A stretch of 61,677 nucleotides of DNA, counting the filler, from Basidiobolus ranarum (lineage: Eukaryota), in assembly GCA_040143965.1 (NCBI GenBank). It is 23 parts of 23 records of this genome, joined end to end, with 100 filler letters (N's around TTAATTAATTAA, not from the genome) between each part and the next. Parts side by side here need not be neighbours in the genome. Positions count along the whole stretch, not along the records: positions 45,703 to 48,283 come from JASJQH010010056.1; positions 48,384 to 50,963 come from JASJQH010010057.1; positions 51,064 to 53,643 come from JASJQH010010058.1; positions 53,744 to 56,322 come from JASJQH010010059.1; positions 56,423 to 59,000 come from JASJQH010010060.1; positions 59,101 to 61,677 come from JASJQH010010061.1; 17 more parts are not named here. One strand, 5' to 3'. A program made the position numbers and the translations under genes. Positions within the stretch are counted from its first letter, which is position 1; every line of letters starts with the position of its first letter. The notes under the pieces are model-generated. The model was not told the DNA's origin. It ran no database searches and worked only from the letters and a program-made list of their open reading frames with translations. Positions 47,302-59,460 of this stretch are shown here, one piece after another.

Positions 47302-48283
47302 TGTTGAAATTAGCATTGCCTAATCACCTATTTAGTCACATATAACTTGGATCTTAGTTATGTTATAACTCACTAAGATATTATCCATTATTTTTGTTAA
47401 AGTATTTGGGAGCCTGTAGGAAGTTGTGTGCACAATGAGAGGAATTGGTGGTTTTCACTTGTTGATTTATTGAATAGAAAGTTGACATTTATAGTTTTGT
47501 CAATATGAAAACAAACTAATGTGTGGAATGTGTTACGGAAGATCTCAGAAGCATGTATGCAAATTTAGTGGCCTCTAGTACAGGTTTGAAAAATCTATAT
47601 ATCTGAGAACTTCTAAGTTTGTAAAATTATTTTAAATAAATATGATTGAGAATAATGGATAACATCTTAGTGTATTATAAGATAATCAAGCACTAAGCTA
47701 TATATGACTTTATAGGTGTTTAAGCAATGCTAATTTCAACGACATGCACTTTGTTACTATATTCAAGCTTGGGGCTTCAAAATAATCTGAGTGTATTCCA
47801 ATTGAGAATAATGGGCAATATCTTAGTGAATAATAAGATAACTGAGTACTAAGCTATATATGACTATATAGCTGCTTTGGCAGAGCTAATTTCAACACCC
47901 TCCCTTAACCAAATATTCATATAAACTAATCATAAGGAAGGTCTAAATTTCTCCAATTTCTTTCTAGCTAAGCTTTGCATTAATTTAGGTTATTTCTTGG
48001 AATTTCAAAAAATAGCTCCATGACTGCAATAAAATTCATAGCATGTGGTAGATCTTGGGTTGTCAATATCTCTTCCTCTACTTGCATCTGAATATCCCAT
48101 CAGATCACAGTTTGATCTAGAATATGTACATTTCAAGCACAAATCTGCAATACTTGTCAAACACCTGTATATCCACTTCACTAGTATGATATGATCCAGT
48201 TAATAATCTTGGAAATACAGGCACAAAACTCCTACAGAATATGCTACATCTGGTCATGTTCCATCCAATGTATATATCCACCT
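47302..48283. mobile_element. Cluster of family-B LTR pieces (47302-47394 +, 47395-47741 -, 47797-47897 -) and a minus-strand copia RNase H remnant
   Basis: TGTTGAAATTAGC termini; purine tract TTAAGGGAGGG before the LTR that starts at 47897; GYSDA remnant. Confidence 0.8.
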
Positions 48284-48383
48284 NNNNNNNNNNNNNNNNN
48301 NNNNNNNNNNNNNNNNNNNNNNNNNNNTTAATTAATTAANNNNNNNNNNNNNNNNNNNNNNNNNNNNNNNNNNNNNNNNNNNN

Positions 48384-48536
48384 CTGAACGTACCATGGGG
48401 CAGAAGTATATTCGGTTAAATTAAAGGTTGTCAATGAATTGAATCCCTCGGGTGGGCAAGCGGCAGGGGGTGCACAAGCTAGCGCAGAATAGGCAGCTAA
48501 AGTCTGAATAAGAAGATATTGAATAGAAGTTTTCAT
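48384..48536 (-). CDS. N-terminus of a secreted lipocalin-like protein (runs off contig)
   Basis: Signal-like sequence, then CPPEGFNSLTTFNLTEYTSAPWYVQ, resembling the lipocalin N-terminal F(D/N)LxxYxxxWY motif. Confidence 0.6.
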
Positions 48537-49184
48537 GGTGGTTGATATGTCAAGCTACTGGTTAACGATGGCATTTATACCTTTGCTTCTACTAGATAGA
48601 ATATATGGAGAAACGGTAAAACTCTAAATCGAAGAACCATTTCTCGATCTAGGGTAAGTGGTCTCTTGCCTCATGGTTGGACAGGACACGTTATTATTGC
48701 TATTAGTGTAGAATCCCGATTAACCTTAATGATAGAAGGGTTGTATGACATCAGCAAGTAAGAATTTCGATGATCGGGATTGGTTCTGAATCGAGAAAAT
48801 GGATTGACGATCCCTTATTTGCTTTTCATTGAGAACGGTTGATTTCTGTCGATTTGTATAAGCCTCTCAAGTAGTAATCTTGAGTGAGACTTAACTTGGA
48901 TTTAAACAAGTATTTTCGCAAAGGTTGTTGGTTGCATTTGGCAGCAATTTGAAAATATCTCTCTAATTGCACACTCACTCTTTCTAAATGAAATTCTCGG
49001 GATAAATGTAACTATAGATATCTCTAAATATCCTTGTAAATTTTCTCCGTATTGGTGGTAAATCGTATGTATCATATGTGGATGTTTGCTTTTGAAGCTA
49101 ACAAATGAATACTTGTTGATGTTCCTCAAACCATTGGTTAGTTTAACCATTTAACAAAAAACTGACCCCTCAGAAGGACAAAAA

Positions 49185-49247
49185 TGATTGGGGTTCGAAC
49201 CCACGCCTCCAAAGAGACTGCGACCTGAACGCAGCGCCTTAGACCAC
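49185..49247 (-). pseudogene. Truncated tRNA-Leu(CAG)
   Basis: GTGGTCTAAGGCG CTGCG TT CAG GT CGCAG, long variable arm, GTGGG TTCGAAC CCCA, then TTTTT; the 5' end and most of the acceptor stem are absent. Confidence 0.8.
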
Positions 49248-49252
49248 ACTAC

Positions 49253-50028
49253 AATTATTTTGTGGCTGGTTCCTGAGGTGAGTGCAATTTTTGGGACTCG
49301 ATTCACTGATAAATTGACTGAGTAACTTTATTTCGATTGTGCTATTTGATAAATTGACTGATAACTTTATTTCGATTGTGCTATTTGTATAGGGTTGATC
49401 AGGGGAAAATCGAGTGGCATTCCTGCCGGATTTGAGAGTGTGCTAATTTCGAAACATGTATAAAACACTGACGACCTGTTTCCGATATCTTGTAACTTTT
49501 GTCTCCGCTGCCAGTTAGTTTTGAAATTTAAACATAGGTTAGAATAATAGTAGGGAATTATCTCCCTAAAGTTTAGTAATGATTCATCCAGTAGTCCTGG
49601 AGATATATGCATTTCTTTTTCTGTTTCGGTGATTGCGAGGCGTGTGGGAAAGGTGTGAACATGAAACTTGGTTAAGGTTGAGGTTTGTTTATGCACTCTA
49701 TGTGTGCAAATTATTGAGTTGATTGAGATATTATGTTGTCTCCGAAATTGCCATCGTTTTTTGTCTGATAATCCAATTTAGGGAGAGAATTCCCTACTAT
49801 TATTCTACTATAGGTACAAATTTCCACACAAACCAACATCGGAAATGGGTCGTCATCTTTGTTTACAAGTTTCGAAATTATTCCACTCCCAAATTCGGCT
49901 GGAATGCCCCTCGATTTCCCCCTGATCAACCCTATACAAATAGCACAATCGAAATAAAGTTATCAGTCAATTTATCAGTGAATCAAGTCCCAAAATTGCA
50001 CTCACCTCAGGAATCAGGCACAATAATT
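49253..50028. mobile_element. Non-autonomous foldback/MITE-like element with long diverged terminal inverted repeats
   Basis: 49253-~49572 is an imperfect reverse complement of ~49776-50028; ~200-bp spacer; ~39-bp direct duplication in the left arm. Confidence 0.75.
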
Positions 50029-50758
50029 AAATATTCAGATGTGTTGTTTACCGATAAGATAGCAGCTGAGGTTTAGTATGTGCAGATTGTATGAGGAATA
50101 AGGATTTTGGAAGTGTAGGAAGTTTTGTAAACAATAGCTTATGAACTTCAATTTATTTATACGTTAATTTGTTGATATAGATAATTAGATTTCTGAGAAG
50201 TTGTGTTCTCAGATTCATTCTTTGTTAGTGCGCTATTTTGTATTTTCATTGTTATTCCATTTTTGATAACAACATTATCTCTATTGAGCTTACATAGCTA
50301 GTGACTACACTTAAGTTAGAGGCATATGGGTAATTCTATTCCGCTAGACTCTGAGTTGCGTTGTGAGAATGCTAAACTCCAATCTATGGAAGTTAATATT
50401 CGAGTGTACTGTGAAATAAAGAGTGTATAGGCTTCAAAACTCCACCAACTAATTTGTAACCATAATAAAAATATACTGACTGGCAATGGAACTCAAGTGT
50501 CATTAATTTATTTATCGATTTGATTGCACAACGTGATAGCAAATAATTAGTATTAAAGGGTTATGCAGATCTAGATGTCGACCTATGTCGGTATTTCTAT
50601 ATGTATACTGTCTAATAGGTTACTACTACCGCTATGAAAGTAACCATGTCCAGGAATAGATTTTCAAGGATCCAAAGCTCTACAATTGCGAAGCCGTTCA
50701 TTGCAATATGCTTTGATGGCTAATATATGGTTGTCTATGGATACTCAAACACTAATAA

Positions 50759-50963
50759 TTATACAGCGGCAACCAAAAGCTTGGGAGCATAAGCAGCAAA
50801 CGAAAACAATAAGCCGGCCACCAATCCTGCGCAAGGAAGAGTTAAAATCCAAGAAAAGAAACACCAAGCGATCATTCTCCAGTTGATGGTATTTGCACTC
50901 CCATTGCAAAGACCTACAGCAGCAGTGGCACCGGTAATACAGTGAGTAGTAGACACAGGAAGA
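50759..50963 (-). CDS. PHO89: C-terminus of a PiT/PHO4-family sodium-phosphate symporter (Pho89-like), 5'-incomplete
   Basis: LPVSTTHCITGATAAVGLCNG....INW......FFSWILTLP.AG signature. Confidence 0.88.
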
Positions 50964-51063
50964 NNNNNNNNNNNNNNNNNNNNNNNNNNNNNNNNNNNNN
51001 NNNNNNNTTAATTAATTAANNNNNNNNNNNNNNNNNNNNNNNNNNNNNNNNNNNNNNNNNNNN

Positions 51064-52560
51064 TGACACTCCTGCCATCAGTAAACTTGGAGGATTTCTC
51101 GCGCACAATGCACTATCTTGCTGTAGATTTTGTCAAATCAATGGAGTTTACTCTAACAGGCATATGCATTACTATTATCCAAATACAACACTAAGCATCA
51201 TGATTTAACTGTCAAGAGCCCGGTCAGATTTCAATATGATCACTGATATCAATTCACCAAATAGTCAGGCAAACATCAAACTTGGTATTAGCCTTAGGCC
51301 TAAGATTATATTGCTAAAGGGGATCAGCTGGAGCCAGAGCCTCCCATTATGCACTATGCACTTACTATTCAACAACATTCTGATACTACTTACTCAGCTA
51401 TATAGTGGAAAATTCAATATGAATGAGCCATTCAAGATAGGATCAAAGTTTGAACAGAATGGGAAAATGCTTGAAAACATCATGATACCATCATATTTTA
51501 TCATGACTCCCATCAATGTCCACTCATCTAGGTGTTTATTCAAACAAAAAGACTGGAAGTATTGGATTTGTACATATTCAAGTGGAATTTTGAAAAGATT
51601 TTTGCCCGATAAGTATTGGCAAAATTGGGAGTTGTTTGTGGATTTTGTTAATATATTCATACGGTATTAACTCACATTGGCAGATCTCAGGCAGATAGAG
51701 CAACTGTGCAAAGAATTTGTAATTGGATATGAAAAACGTTATTACAGGTTTGAAGAAGATAGACTGAATCTATGCTGGTATTCAATAGATTCCCTGCTGC
51801 ATCTCTCACAATGCTTAGAGATTATAGGCCCTTGCTAAACTTTCTGGGAGTTCTCAATCAAGCACACCTGTGGTGAAATGATGCTCTGTGTGAAATCATC
51901 AGTATTACTGCATGCTAATCTGATTAACAATGTATCCGCAAAATCAGTGATGGATGAAATTCAACGGGTTAAGGAGGCTCTGGAGTATGTTAATCTTCCA
52001 ACAAAGGGCTCTTTTCAATGTGCTCAAGGATTTTTGCATTGTTTGAGCACAATAACAGCAACAAAGCCCAAACCATGGACACAGAGTAAGTACCTCTATA
52101 ATTGGACTAATTTGCTTGTATGATGATCTAACGGTATTTATAGGAAAGCTGCAAGATAGACCTCTTGGTGAGGCAGATGGAGATATGCAGTATTATTGTT
52201 TTAGCTTTGGGGTAATCTATTCAAGCAATGGCACATCTACTTGTGGCAGGACATTTGTTAACTGCAAGTTGGGAATATATTGGCTGAATTCTTTGCGGAA
52301 ATTTGCAAAAATCCAACAGCTTATTCTCATTGTGAATGGTAACAAGAATCAGCTATTTGCCAAGTGCCAGTGCTATTCAAACTTTCAGATGTTTAGCAAT
52401 TTTTCTGCAGTTAGTTTGCTGGTAAAGCATATTGATGTTGTTGAGTTATGTCTAATCAGTCAAGTATGTGCATATGTAGAAAATAAACATAACAAGATTC
52501 TTTTATTTTTTGATTCTCATTATGGCTGGAATACAGAGCCTAAAATAACTAATAAAGGCA
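51064..52560 (+). mobile_element. CACTA-type transposase pseudogene, catalytic and C-terminal region
   Basis: DTPAISKLG, MHLLFNNI, DWKYW, LPDKYWQNW, SLLHLSQCL, FWEFSI..TCG. Confidence 0.87.
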
Positions 52561-54039
52561 TGTGTATTAATTCAAATTCCTACAGCAGTAAACCCAGTAA
52601 TTTGCCATTCAAAAATTAGAATTTGCAAAATTGCTGGATATTGAATAACACATGCCAAATTTGAGGATCAATATTTTAAGATTTATGAATACCATCAGAA
52701 TATCATCAAGAAACGACAATCACACCATCAAAATCCCTGGCAGAATGCAAGCCACCAATATTGTGATTGTTCTCTGATGGTTTTGCTCTTTTGAAGGGTG
52801 GATCTGATCCGGATCAAGTTGATATTACTTTTGTTAGGGCTCATGCTGGCTGATGTAGTGGAACTTCAGCAGGATTAAACCAACCAACTCAGCACAGAGG
52901 TTCAAGCAAAGTTCCTTCAGTGGAAATATAAAGGAGACTACAAAAGTAAGAGAAACATATCAGCATGTACTGCTTCAAACTTAGGCAACTGCTGAATACT
53001 CTTGTAAATACTTACATTATCCTATATTTGCTTTTTAGCTCATCATGCAAAATTGATATGGATTGTAGTTGACTATAGCTTAAATTGCTTTAGTTGGATC
53101 ACACTTGCTTACATCCTTATGAAACACTGATAGCATGAAATTGACATATTTCATAAAAATCAATCATAGCCTATTAATACATGCAATTTCACTATAATTA
53201 AATAAAAAATGTCTGTCAATAAAAAGCTTGCGCAGCCATAATGGCTTGATATGGCTTAATCTGTTCACACTCTCTTTCATTTAGAAGCTTACATGATTGA
53301 ATGAATAATTTGCTGATCTATAAATGATGAATCAAGCAATCCTTATCACTACTATCATACTGCAGATTGAGCCATCATAGAGTGCCATGATTTGTCACTG
53401 GTATACCAAACTACTGGTGTTTTGTTATGAAGGAGCCAATGGACCCAATTGAAAAATAGGATACTGTGTTTGTGAGGGACAAATGATTGGCCTAAAAACA
53501 TGAAAATAGCTTGGTTATACACTTGATTGGTTAAGTTACAGTATAAATTGTTTATTGTTACACATTCAGTAATTTGTAAGTTACAAACTAGGGGATCACC
53601 TTGTTTGTCAGTTACCTAAAATCTTATTTTGGCAATACTGTATNNNNNNNNNNNNNNNNNNNNNNNNNNNNNNNNNNNNNNNNNNNNTTAATTAATTAAN
53701 NNNNNNNNNNNNNNNNNNNNNNNNNNNNNNNNNNNNNNNNNNNCTTCTGATCTATCAGTGTAAGTAAAAATATAGATGCTTCTCTCTCAATGAGCTTCAG
53801 TCCAGTTTTGGTGCATATAACACTAGCTTATAAAACCCTCTTTAATTCTTAGCTGCCTGGAAATTTTAACTCTGTTAGCAGCAAAAAACTAACCTCCATC
53901 CCGACAAATTACCCTTGCTGTGTTTGAAACACCTCAATGGATATCTGCCATGAAATAAATCAATACCCAGCTGTCCCAACTTCTGCAGCTTTTAAGCCTG
54001 CCATAGTAAGTTAATATTAATGCTCACCAAAATGTACCA

Positions 54040-54740
54040 GAACCAAGAATGTCAAGAAGTACTATGAGCTGCAATACCATGGTACAGTTGATGAAAAGCT
54101 TGGAAGTTGGATTTTGCAGCTAGAAGATGCATTGAGAGCCAGTGGAGTTCAAGATGCTAGCAAGCTACACTAAGCAGCTTCCTATCTAACCAATGAAGCT
54201 CTTTAATGTTATCATAGCAGAGCTTGAGCAGCAGCCACACAAGAGCTTCTACCAATCACTACTTGGGAATTGACTAACCCAGAGAGTCAGGTAGCCTTTG
54301 AATCACTGAATCAGCAGCAACTATTTAAGAAAAGTAACACATTTGAAGCAAGTAAAGAATGTGAAGAAATATATCTACCATTGCCAAAGATTAATGTGCC
54401 ATATGAATAGCATATATCAGCTAGACCAGGCGCAACACTTTACTGAAGTAAAGAAAGGAGTAACCTTGATGGAAATAAACTATCAAGCACCATACACCTT
54501 AGAATAGCCAATGAAGATTGCTATCATCAATGACTCAGGCATGTATGGTGAGGGAAGACCATATGTATGGAAAACAGATAACACTAAAGTTGACCCAGAA
54601 GACTAATGGAAGGAACTCCCACTGAGATTGACTCCATTAACAGAGAGCTCATGGCTAAAGAATGTAAGCTGATACAATTGTGCCTCACAGGCCATGAGAA
54701 GGACATTACCGCAGATACTGGGCAGACAGAGAGCCCAAGA
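54040..54740 (+). mobile_element. Ty3/gypsy gag remnant
   Basis: YHG..DEKL.SWI.QLE.A...AASYL..EAL and TPTEID (PMEID-like) followed by a decayed knuckle. Confidence 0.55.
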
Positions 54741-55711
54741 TTAGCAAGAAGAGCTTTAGTGTCATTGAGACTATGTACGTGTGAGACAACAATCAAAAAC
54801 AAGAAGCTCAGGCTACTTTGCAACAAACTATGGAATATCTTTACAATATGAATAAGAGCTTAAGAAGACTCAGCATTCAGATTATGTGCTGGTGTTGCCG
54901 AAAAAGGTTCCCAAAATGTAATCAATGAAATTCTCTTTCAATTTGATGTGAGAAGACCCCAATCAAAGCGAGGAGCTTTGATATCAGTCCATGGTGTGTT
55001 GTTAAATGTCTCCAATTGCTACAATAAGACATTGCTATGGCAGTGAGAACTGTCAGCTAATACCTCAAAAGTCCTTTGCTTTGTTAACTAAGTTTGTTCT
55101 CATTTGCCCAATCCTGCCACTCTCGGCCTTCCATACCCTAGATGTGCATCAAATAGAAGTACAATTGCCCTGCTGAATAAAAATCTACCAGAGATCTTCA
55201 TGGAGAAACCAGAAGGATATGCAAATGTTATTTTCAAGGATTATATAATTAGTAATCCGTGAAATTGTTCAGAAATTAGTATAATAATCCAGCAGAGTCA
55301 AATTTAAGTTGGCCAAAAGCCAATAAAGCATCCCACCCTCTATGCATCTTGTGTAATTTCCTTGAAATTTTAAAAGATTTCAGAAAGTAATTCAATGAAT
55401 GTGGATTCAGATTGCTAAATCCAAAATAACCAAAAATGACACCAATATTGAAACATGGTTGGCTAAAAAACATCAAAAAGTCAAATATGGATATTGAAAT
55501 AAAGTCAAATCAGTAGGGCTCCAGCTGGAAGGGAAAACGCATAAATCTGATTGTGGGCTGAAACACTGCCTCATTTGATGTTTTGAAATATTGAGATACA
55601 CTCTGATCATTTGTTGTATACTCTACCAATTCAATTATTGATCATTTATATGCTTCAGTAGCTCCATTATTTGAGGTAAGTAGTTTCTTGTAGTTTCTTG
55701 CTTTATTACAT

Positions 55712-56063
55712 TGATAAAAGTATTTAGAGGATTTGGAAGTGTTTTGGACAAGATTTAGACTTGTCAATTAAACACTTGAGTTGTATTCAACTGAATATGT
55801 GCTATTTGGAGTTGACTATCAAATATGACTGTTGGATATGCTTAAATTATAAGAAACATGCCTGTTAAGCATGGATGAAAATTTGAAGTGATTTGGAGAG
55901 ATTTTGAGAAAATCAGGAAAATTGGTAAAAGTGATATAATTGATATTTCTATCAATTAGAGCAACAAACACACATTTTTGAATGGCAAAATTAAGTGCTA
56001 AATAAATGGAATTTGAATAAGCTAACTACTAAATAATGAGTTGCTATTTATCTAATTTCAACA
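55712..56063 (-). repeat. Copia 3' LTR, family A (preceded on the minus strand by a purine tract and RNase H end, 56064-56170)
   Basis: AAGTGGGAA|TGTTGAAATTAG...TTTTATCA; aligns with 2874-3224. Confidence 0.88.
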
Positions 56064-56170
56064 TTCCCACTTAACTAACTATTTTGTATTTCTCTTAACC
56101 CTAACATATATCTTCATTATTCAAATTGTGCTTTAGCTAAAGTTTTGGCAAAGATGTCAGCTATCATTTC

Positions 56171-56322
56171 TGATAAAAGTGTTTAGGGGATTTGGAAGTG
56201 CTTTAGACAACATTTGGATTTGTGAATTAGACACTTAAGTTTTATTGAATTGAATAAGTCCTATTTATAGTTTACTATGAAATAGGACTATTGGACGTGC
56301 TTAGATCATAACAAACATGCCT
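56171..56322 (-). repeat. Copia LTR family A, partial, nested in the RNase H end
   Basis: Near-identical to 2874-3025. Confidence 0.85.
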
Positions 56323-56422
56323 NNNNNNNNNNNNNNNNNNNNNNNNNNNNNNNNNNNNNNNNNNNNTTAATTAATTAANNNNNNNNNNNNNNNNNNNNNN
56401 NNNNNNNNNNNNNNNNNNNNNN

Positions 56423-56551
56423 CTATATATCTGAGAACTTCTAAGTAAATTCCTTATGAGAATAATGGATAGTATCTTATTGAAATATAAGATAACTATG
56501 TACTAAGCTATATATGACTATATAGGTGTTTAGGCAATGCTAATTTCAACA
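56423..56551 (-). repeat. Copia LTR family B, partial
   Basis: Reverse complement of the TGTTGAAATTAGCATTGCC LTR start. Confidence 0.85.
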
Positions 56552-57945
56552 GTGGATTGATCAATTATTGATTTTTCGGAATCAAGTAAACCAAAACTAC
56601 GAATTTCATTTGGTGACAGAGACTATTGAAGTAGTGATGAGGCTAGTATGGCAAAGTTGTACTGGGACTGTATTCACAACATATGCTGGTGAATTATGGC
56701 AGTAAAATTTTAGAAAAAGTCAACAATGAAAGACCAGAAGAAAGATGTTACAGCACAGAGTACTGAATCTCTATCAATAACAAATACGGTAACAAAGAAT
56801 GTAGCAGCAACCGGTAATTCTTGGTATCTGATATGGAAGCCTTGAACTTGTGGCAATGACGGTCGAGCATAATGCTAATCTACAATAAGAGAACATCATA
56901 TAAGAAGTTCATTTGTACTATTTAATTCTGGTTAAAAGTTTAGACATGTTTGTATACCAAACTGAGGCATATGGATTGAACAATGTAGCTGAATTTGAAA
57001 AAGAAATGTTAGTGACAATAGAGATTACCTCGACAAATACATTCTATTGAATTGGCAGTGTGTTATAACTGGATTTACTATGTGTGATGCATGTTCTAAA
57101 AGCAGGGTATTTCGTATCAATTATTACTTAATGGGTTTAGAATGATGAAATTACGGTTTCTTGGAGTTGCCAGACCAAGGTCCGTAATTTTGGTGTGTCT
57201 AATAGGTAGTGAGTAGACCCAATCTAGGCACGCGTGAGAAAAATTTGATATGCAGATCAAACATTCCTAAAGCTCTCATTCTTCAAAATGGGCTAGAATC
57301 ACTAGCCATTTCATATTAACATTTACAGCTACTTTTCAACTGAGTAAACAGCCCAAATGGATGTAAGGAACACTATCTAAACTCCACACAATGTCCCTAT
57401 TTGTGCACAGAGCCCTATTTAAGGTTTCTGCCACTAACCAATTCCTCGTAATGAACGACGGTAAATCTAAGAATGGCTATATAATAGGGGCTTCAACCTT
57501 ATCTGTTTTGGTAGAGCTAGCGTGCGACAGCTGTATTAATTAAGCTATACATGGCGACATTGTAATTCTTGGGTAAACATGTTGCCGGTTAGTTAATCCT
57601 GTTGTAATCCATCGCATTTCAGTTTGCGCTTGTACCCTCACTAATAGTCAGCAATTCTACTCAACACAAGTTTTAATATTCGTCATTATTGGTTTCAGGT
57701 TTCATGTCTATTTTATTCGTTAGTAGTCCATTACCTTGAAAAAACATAAATATTGATGGAATGATCTTTTGCAGTCGAGATAATAATTACTCTAAATTGT
57801 TTCCAGGTTTGGCATTCAGCCTCTAAACGCTAATTTCCCCAACACCCAGACCAACAAGGATGTACATGCAGTTCGTAATATTTTGTATATAAGTGCAATG
57901 CTTCGTTATTACCACCATTATTATCTGCTTCTCCAATTGCTAAAT

Positions 57946-59000
57946 ATGACTGCGGACAACACTACCGATGCTCCAATGGTTTCTACAGGTGCAGAGTCTC
58001 ATCCTCCTTCTTTTCTACCTGTAAGTGCGAATGACACTTACCCTGAGGAAAAGAAAGCGACCGATACCTCGCCAGATGATCAGCCGCAGACATTTTATCG
58101 TCGTTACCGCTTATGGTTTCACCTCTTCATGTTCTTGATCATCACTGGGATGATGGTAGGGGCCTGGGTATTGCATGGCAAGGATACTCTCGTCCTTTCT
58201 CTTCTATGGGCATTTGTTTCGTTGAAACTAATGTTCTACCATGTGACCACCAGAGTTCTTTCTAAGCCTTTGGGAATGGTGTTCGGTGCTATCATGAAAG
58301 TTGTCTCGGTGATTCCCGAAAAAATACGCCTTGCTTTAGGTGTCCTGCTTCCGGTTGCATTCATTGTATCTGTTACCCTTGCTCTTCCTGTTCAGGAAGG
58401 TCATAGCAATCGCTTGGACAGGCTTAGATCACTTTTTGGCCTCATCGTATTTATTGTAATATTATATGCTACATCTGACAAGCGCAAAAGCATCCCCTGG
58501 AGAACCGTTGTGGTTGGTATTTTGTTACAATTCCTCCTTGGCTTGTTTATCCTCAAGACATCTGTTGGATATGACATTTTCAGCTGGTTATCAAATATGT
58601 GCTCTACTCTACTCCATTTCTCCAAATCAGGATTGGCTTTCGTAACTAGCGATGATATCGCCGACATCGGAATTTTTATCTTCACCGTTTTGCCAGCAGT
58701 TATTTTCTTTGCAGCCATTGTAAAGGTTGTATATTACCTTGGTGGTATGCAATGGATTGTTCGTAAATTTGCTTGGTTAATGGTCAGACTGATGGGTACA
58801 AGTGGTGCGGAGTCAGTTGTTGCCGCTGCCTCCCCCTTCGTCGGTATGGGAGAATCATCATTGCTTGTACTGCCGTTTTTAGCAACAATGACTCGTAGTG
58901 AACTTCACTCTGCCATGACCTCTGGGTTTGCTACCATTTCAGGTTCCGTTTTAGTAGCATTCATATCAATGAAGGTTGATGCACAAACCTTGATTACTTC
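57946..59000 (+). CDS. CNT: Concentrative nucleoside transporter (CNT/SLC28 family), 3'-incomplete
   Basis: IPWRTVVVGILLQFLLGLFIL, VLPAVIFF, YYLGGMQW, GTSGAESVVAAASPFVGMGES, TRSELHSAMTSGFATISGSV; ATG at 57946 lies 60 bp after TATATAA. Confidence 0.93.
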
Positions 59001-59460
59001 NNNNNNNNNNNNNNNNNNNNNNNNNNNNNNNNNNNNNNNNNNNNTTAATTAATTAANNNNNNNNNNNNNNNNNNNNNNNNNNNNNNNNNNNNNNNNNNNN
59101 AAATGTCTAACAAATGGCTATCGTTTCAACGTTTGATATTCAATTTCCTTTGTCACAATGTACATAATTGTAGGATTTGATTAGACGCTGAGCTTTTCTG
59201 TAGTTGATAAATACACTTACCTGGCAGGAGAAACTTGCGATCATGTAGGTGAGTTCTTCGTCTTGGATATCAATCATTGTACAACTTTGACAGTGGCTAG
59301 TTCAACCCTAGCAGTTGACTTAGTTCTAAAATTATCAAGGTTCATATCTTACTCTGTATAAATTATCAAGATTCATATCTTACTCTGTATAAATTCAATT
59401 TTTTGTGGAATTTTCATCACTATTACATACCTATAAGACAAAAATAGCAGTTTAACTAAT

